The position numbers and the translations under genes were made by a program. DNA of 64,000 bases, taken from assembly GCA_024679065.1 (NCBI GenBank), contig JAGIQG010000009.1, positions 30,566,001 through 30,630,000 on the forward strand, read 5' to 3'. The notes under the pieces were generated by a model. That model had not been told where the DNA came from. It did not search any database and saw nothing but the letters and a program-made list of their open reading frames with translations. The DNA is from Sphyrna mokarran (taxonomy: Eukaryota). Shown piece by piece: positions 60,415 through 64,000 of the stretch. Position 1 is the first letter of the stretch, and each line of letters begins with the position of its first letter.

Positions 60415-60840
60415 CGGTCACAGCAGGAGGCCCGGGCTCTCGGCTTTGCTTCCATCACCGGAATTCCGAATGTCCAGAGAGCGGTGAATGGGACAGACGT
60501 CATCTTGTTGGCCCCACGTGAAAGACCACAGCAATTTGTGAACAGGAAAGAGTTCCAGAACGCCCTGAACATCCAAATTGTCTGCAACCATCTAATGAGG
60601 ATCATGCAGGTCGATTCACACGACCGAGGGAGTGTCCATGACAGCTTTGTGCTCAGATAGTCAGATATCCCTTGCATCAAGGGCCAGGTGGATGTTGGGG
60701 AAGGTAGGGGCAGGCCCTCTGGAACAAGTGGTTGAGTCTTGCAAGGCACAACCGACAGCACTTTCAGGTTTAGGAATGGGACCATTCAGCCCTGTGATGA
60801 AGGGGAGAATCAGAGACACGTTAATCACAGCAGTGAGGTA
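60415..60840 (+). pseudogene. Harbinger (HARBI1-like) transposase catalytic core remnant
   Basis: GFASITGIPNVQRAVNGTDV.L.AP...FVNRK...LNIQIVCNH...GSVHDSFVLR, then GWMLG; the first catalytic Asp is replaced by Asn. Confidence 0.9.
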
Positions 60841-60899
60841 CAAGTTGTGTTCTTAACACTGTTGATTAATAAACCCTGACTACTGGTGACCTTCACCTG

Positions 60900-62750
60900 T
60901 ACCCACTTAGTAAACTGCAACTTTCTTACTTTGTGCCGTCTACTGCTTCTTCTAGTGCTACCCCAGGGTGCACATCAGCTGTGATGCATGCCCTGTTGCC
61001 TGTGATGCCCTTGGCAGACATCCCTGGGTGACCAGGACTTGGAGGGCCCTGGCTGATTTGTGGATGGCACAGTGCCACCTGAGATGCCCAGATGTGAGGT
61101 AGGGGGAAATCAGAAGGTCTCAGGACATCTAGGATCTCTTGGGTGGAAGGTCCTGGCATGGACTCAAGCCCTTCCTCCTCCCTGGGGCTGCCCAGAGGCC
61201 CTGGCATGTGATGCCAGGATAGCTCGACTGAACTCCAGAAGCCCCAGCGTCACCAGGCTCTGCCAGTCCTGGAGGCCTAGATGTGTCTGCCCCATGATGT
61301 ATGATCTCTTGCCCTCTGAGACTGGACTAAGCTCTGGAGCCCTCCTGCTACAGCATTTTGTGAGGGAGCCAGACTCTGGAGCCCCTCAGCAGTAGCCCTT
61401 AGCTTGGGCTAGGTTATTGAGGTTCACTGTCACAGTCTGCTGTGTCTCCAGAATGTCAGCGAGAGTCCCAGCTATGGCCAGCAACGTCTCCAACATGCCA
61501 CCAATACCCATAACCATCGAGCTCTGCGCCTCCAGAACGCCGGAAACACACTCACCTATGGCTCATTGTGTCTCCAGGATGGTCTGGATCCTATTACCCA
61601 TGAGGACAGACCCCTGAGCCAGACTTTCTACTGCAGTCGCCACCCTTGCCATGTTGGCGTGGATCTCGTGCTTTGTCAGCACTACCTTCTACAACTCTAT
61701 TTGACTCCCCTAAACAGCCTTGCAGTCGAAGCATGGTTGCTGATAGCCCTTCCAGAACTCCCTAGGTTTTCCGATGCATCTCCTTCAGCCTTGGAAGGAA
61801 CACATCCAGAGATCCAGCAGCTGGCTTGGGACAGCTGAGCCCTGGCCTCTGGCAGATCTCCGGGTGCCCGAGTCCTCGGATGTGCCTGCCTCCACCCGAT
61901 GTGTATCAGTGTCTGTGATGTGCTCACCAGTTCGTAATCCAGAAGCCACAACACTAAAGGTACCACCATGATGATAATCTTTGTTTTGGTGCGTTATGTG
62001 ATACATGCCAGTGCTGCTTCAATGGTGCTGCCCTCGGAGGATTCCTCAGTGCCTCCCTCTGCGGTGTCATCCAGGGAGTGGTGGGTAGTTTTCTCCAGAG
62101 CAGCAGGGGGCGGCAGCAACATTCAAAGGGTTGGGTTCTTCTGGGTGCAGAGCTGAAAGAAAGAACATGTATTAGGAGAAGAGAGGCAAAACATTCTATG
62201 CAGCATTGCACTTACTTTGAGGGGGATCTAGGTTGAGGGTACGCTTCTGCTCACTTGCTTGCTAGATGCCAACCTGACTATTGATGAACAATTGAGAAGG
62301 CCCATCACCCCCTGCCAGCTCCATGGCATGCTCCTCGATGCTAGTCAGCTGCTACAGATCAGGCACACCCTAACCAGTCTGTGTTGCCTCCCATACATTG
62401 TGGTTATTCTTTTCCTGTGGGAACATAAGGTGGATAGCAAACATTAATATGTTGCAGTGTGTGGAGCGTAATGCATACCTGTGCTTCGGGCATTGCGCTG
62501 GCAGTTTCGGGGGAAGGCAGTCACCATTGATGGGTGAGGAGGAGGGGTTAGATTCTATTTCTGGGGGAGGGGTAACTTGTTGCATGCCCTTCAGGTGTTT
62601 AAACAGGATTTGAGATCTGTGCCAAGCAGATGTGGGGTTCCAAGCGGGATGCTTACTCACCCTTGCTGCTTGAAGAAGGTTGGACTTTTTTTTCCAAAAC
62701 TGCTGGCCAGAGCATGCTGTCAGGCTCCTGGCATTCACTACTTCTGCCAC
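60900..62750 (-). pseudogene. Harbinger second ORF (Myb/SANT, spliced) remnant
   Basis: EVAEVVNARSLT.CSGQQ.WKK.SNLLQAAR|gtgagt; next exon EKNNHN.WE..QTG*GVPDL; further exons delimited by tttcag and gtgag. Confidence 0.75.
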
Positions 62751-62754
62751 CTCA

Positions 62755-64000
62755 AAGAACAAAGAACAAAACAGTAAGGGAAACAGGCCCTTCGGCCAAT
62801 GAACCCGCGCTGCCACCTCGATATTCCCACTTCTACCCATGATCCCTGTCTATGTTTGTAGAGCTATGCATTGGAACCAAATTTGCAGGACAATTTAGGG
62901 AAAATTTATTCTGCCAATCAGCCTAAGAGCACATCTTTGGGGTGTGGGAGGAAACCGGAGCCCCTGGAGAAAACCCACGCAAACACGGGGAGAACATGCA
63001 AACTCCCACAGACACAGGCCCAAATCCATGTATCTGCACAGCACAGCAATAGTCACTGAGCTGTCGTGTTGCCCATCAAATGGTCCAAGTCGAGTTTGCA
63101 CTAACGATGTGAACTCTCAAAAAATCCAAGAAAGCCATCACACAACCCATCGCGTGTATGCCCCTTGTTACACAACAAGGTGGACCGAAGTATCTGTAGT
63201 ATAAAACAGAAATACATTAATATCATCAACAATTTACACACTTCCCAGGGAACTCCCAAGGCTCATGATCCCTATTTTAAATCAGTTTTCTATATCCCTC
63301 CATTCCCATTCTGTTCATGTGCCCATCTAAGTATCTCTTAAATAACTCCAGAATGCCTGCCCCCACCACTTTACTTGGCAGCGCGTTCCATACTCTCACC
63401 ACCCTCTGTGTGAAAAAACTCCCTCTAGCATCCAAATTATACCTTACCCCCCTCACCCTAAGCCCGTGACCCCTCATGATATTTGAGTCCATCCTAGGAA
63501 AAAGCTATCTATACCCCTCATTATCTTGTACACCTCTATCAGATCTCCTCTAAATCTATGTCTTTCTAAGGAAAACAGCCCAATTTGCCTAACCTCTCCT
63601 CGTAACTCAGACCTTCCATACCAGGCAACATCTTGGTAAACCTCCTCTGCACTCTGTCCAGAGTCTTCACGTCCTTCCATTAGTAAGGCGACCAGCACTG
63701 GATGTAGTATTCCAAATGAGGTCTAACCAGCATTCTATACAACTGCAACATTCAAGGCCAGCTCTTGTACTCTCTGCTCCTTCCTATAAAGGCTGGCATA
63801 CCATATGCTTTCTTCACAACCTTCTCCACCTACTCTGCCACTTTCAGAGACTTGTGCACCTGCACTCCCATGTCCCTTTGTGTTTCTATACTCTTAATAG
63901 GTCTACCCTTTATCATATACCTCCCCCCTAAATTCTTTCTCCTGAAATGCATCACCTCGCATTTATCAGGATTGAATTCCATCTGCCATCTGTCTGCCCA
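62755..64000 (-). mobile_element. CR1 LINE with V-SINE-containing 3' UTR (runs off window end)
   Basis: Paralogous to 35040-36317; C-terminus ...YLDGHMNRMGMEGYRKLI*; several frameshifts. Confidence 0.93.

Overview
Eukaryotic, very repeat-dense window that looks like an elasmobranch (shark) genome, judging by the HE1/V-SINEs, HER1/CR1 LINEs and shark-type Penelope, Rex1, Tx1 and Harbinger repeats. No intact, recognisable host gene is present, and most ORF-track entries are fragments of decayed transposons. Main structures: (1) a decayed SnRV-like endogenous retrovirus (about 28.6-41.9 kb) whose 3' LTR is broken up by nested LINE/SINE insertions; (2) three 5'-truncated Tx1 3' ends stacked at one 15-bp target inside a solo LTR (46.5-47.0 kb), with a junction resembling U1 snRNA; (3) two tandem copies of a U2 snRNA-derived retroposon separated by a repeated 16-bp target (8.8-9.3 kb); (4) a CR1 subfamily carrying a V-SINE in its 3' UTR (two copies); (5) Penelope-associated minimal hammerhead ribozymes; (6) a 33-bp minisatellite that grew out of a gypsy gag; (7) Harbinger transposase/Myb remnants and related MITEs; (8) a phase-compatible chain of minus-strand candidate exons (50.2-51.2 kb) and a duplicated, decayed coding-like unit (25.8-28.5 kb) that I could not identify. 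All calls were made by eye from motifs and remembered family consensus, and most repeat boundaries are approximate (about +/-20-50 bp).
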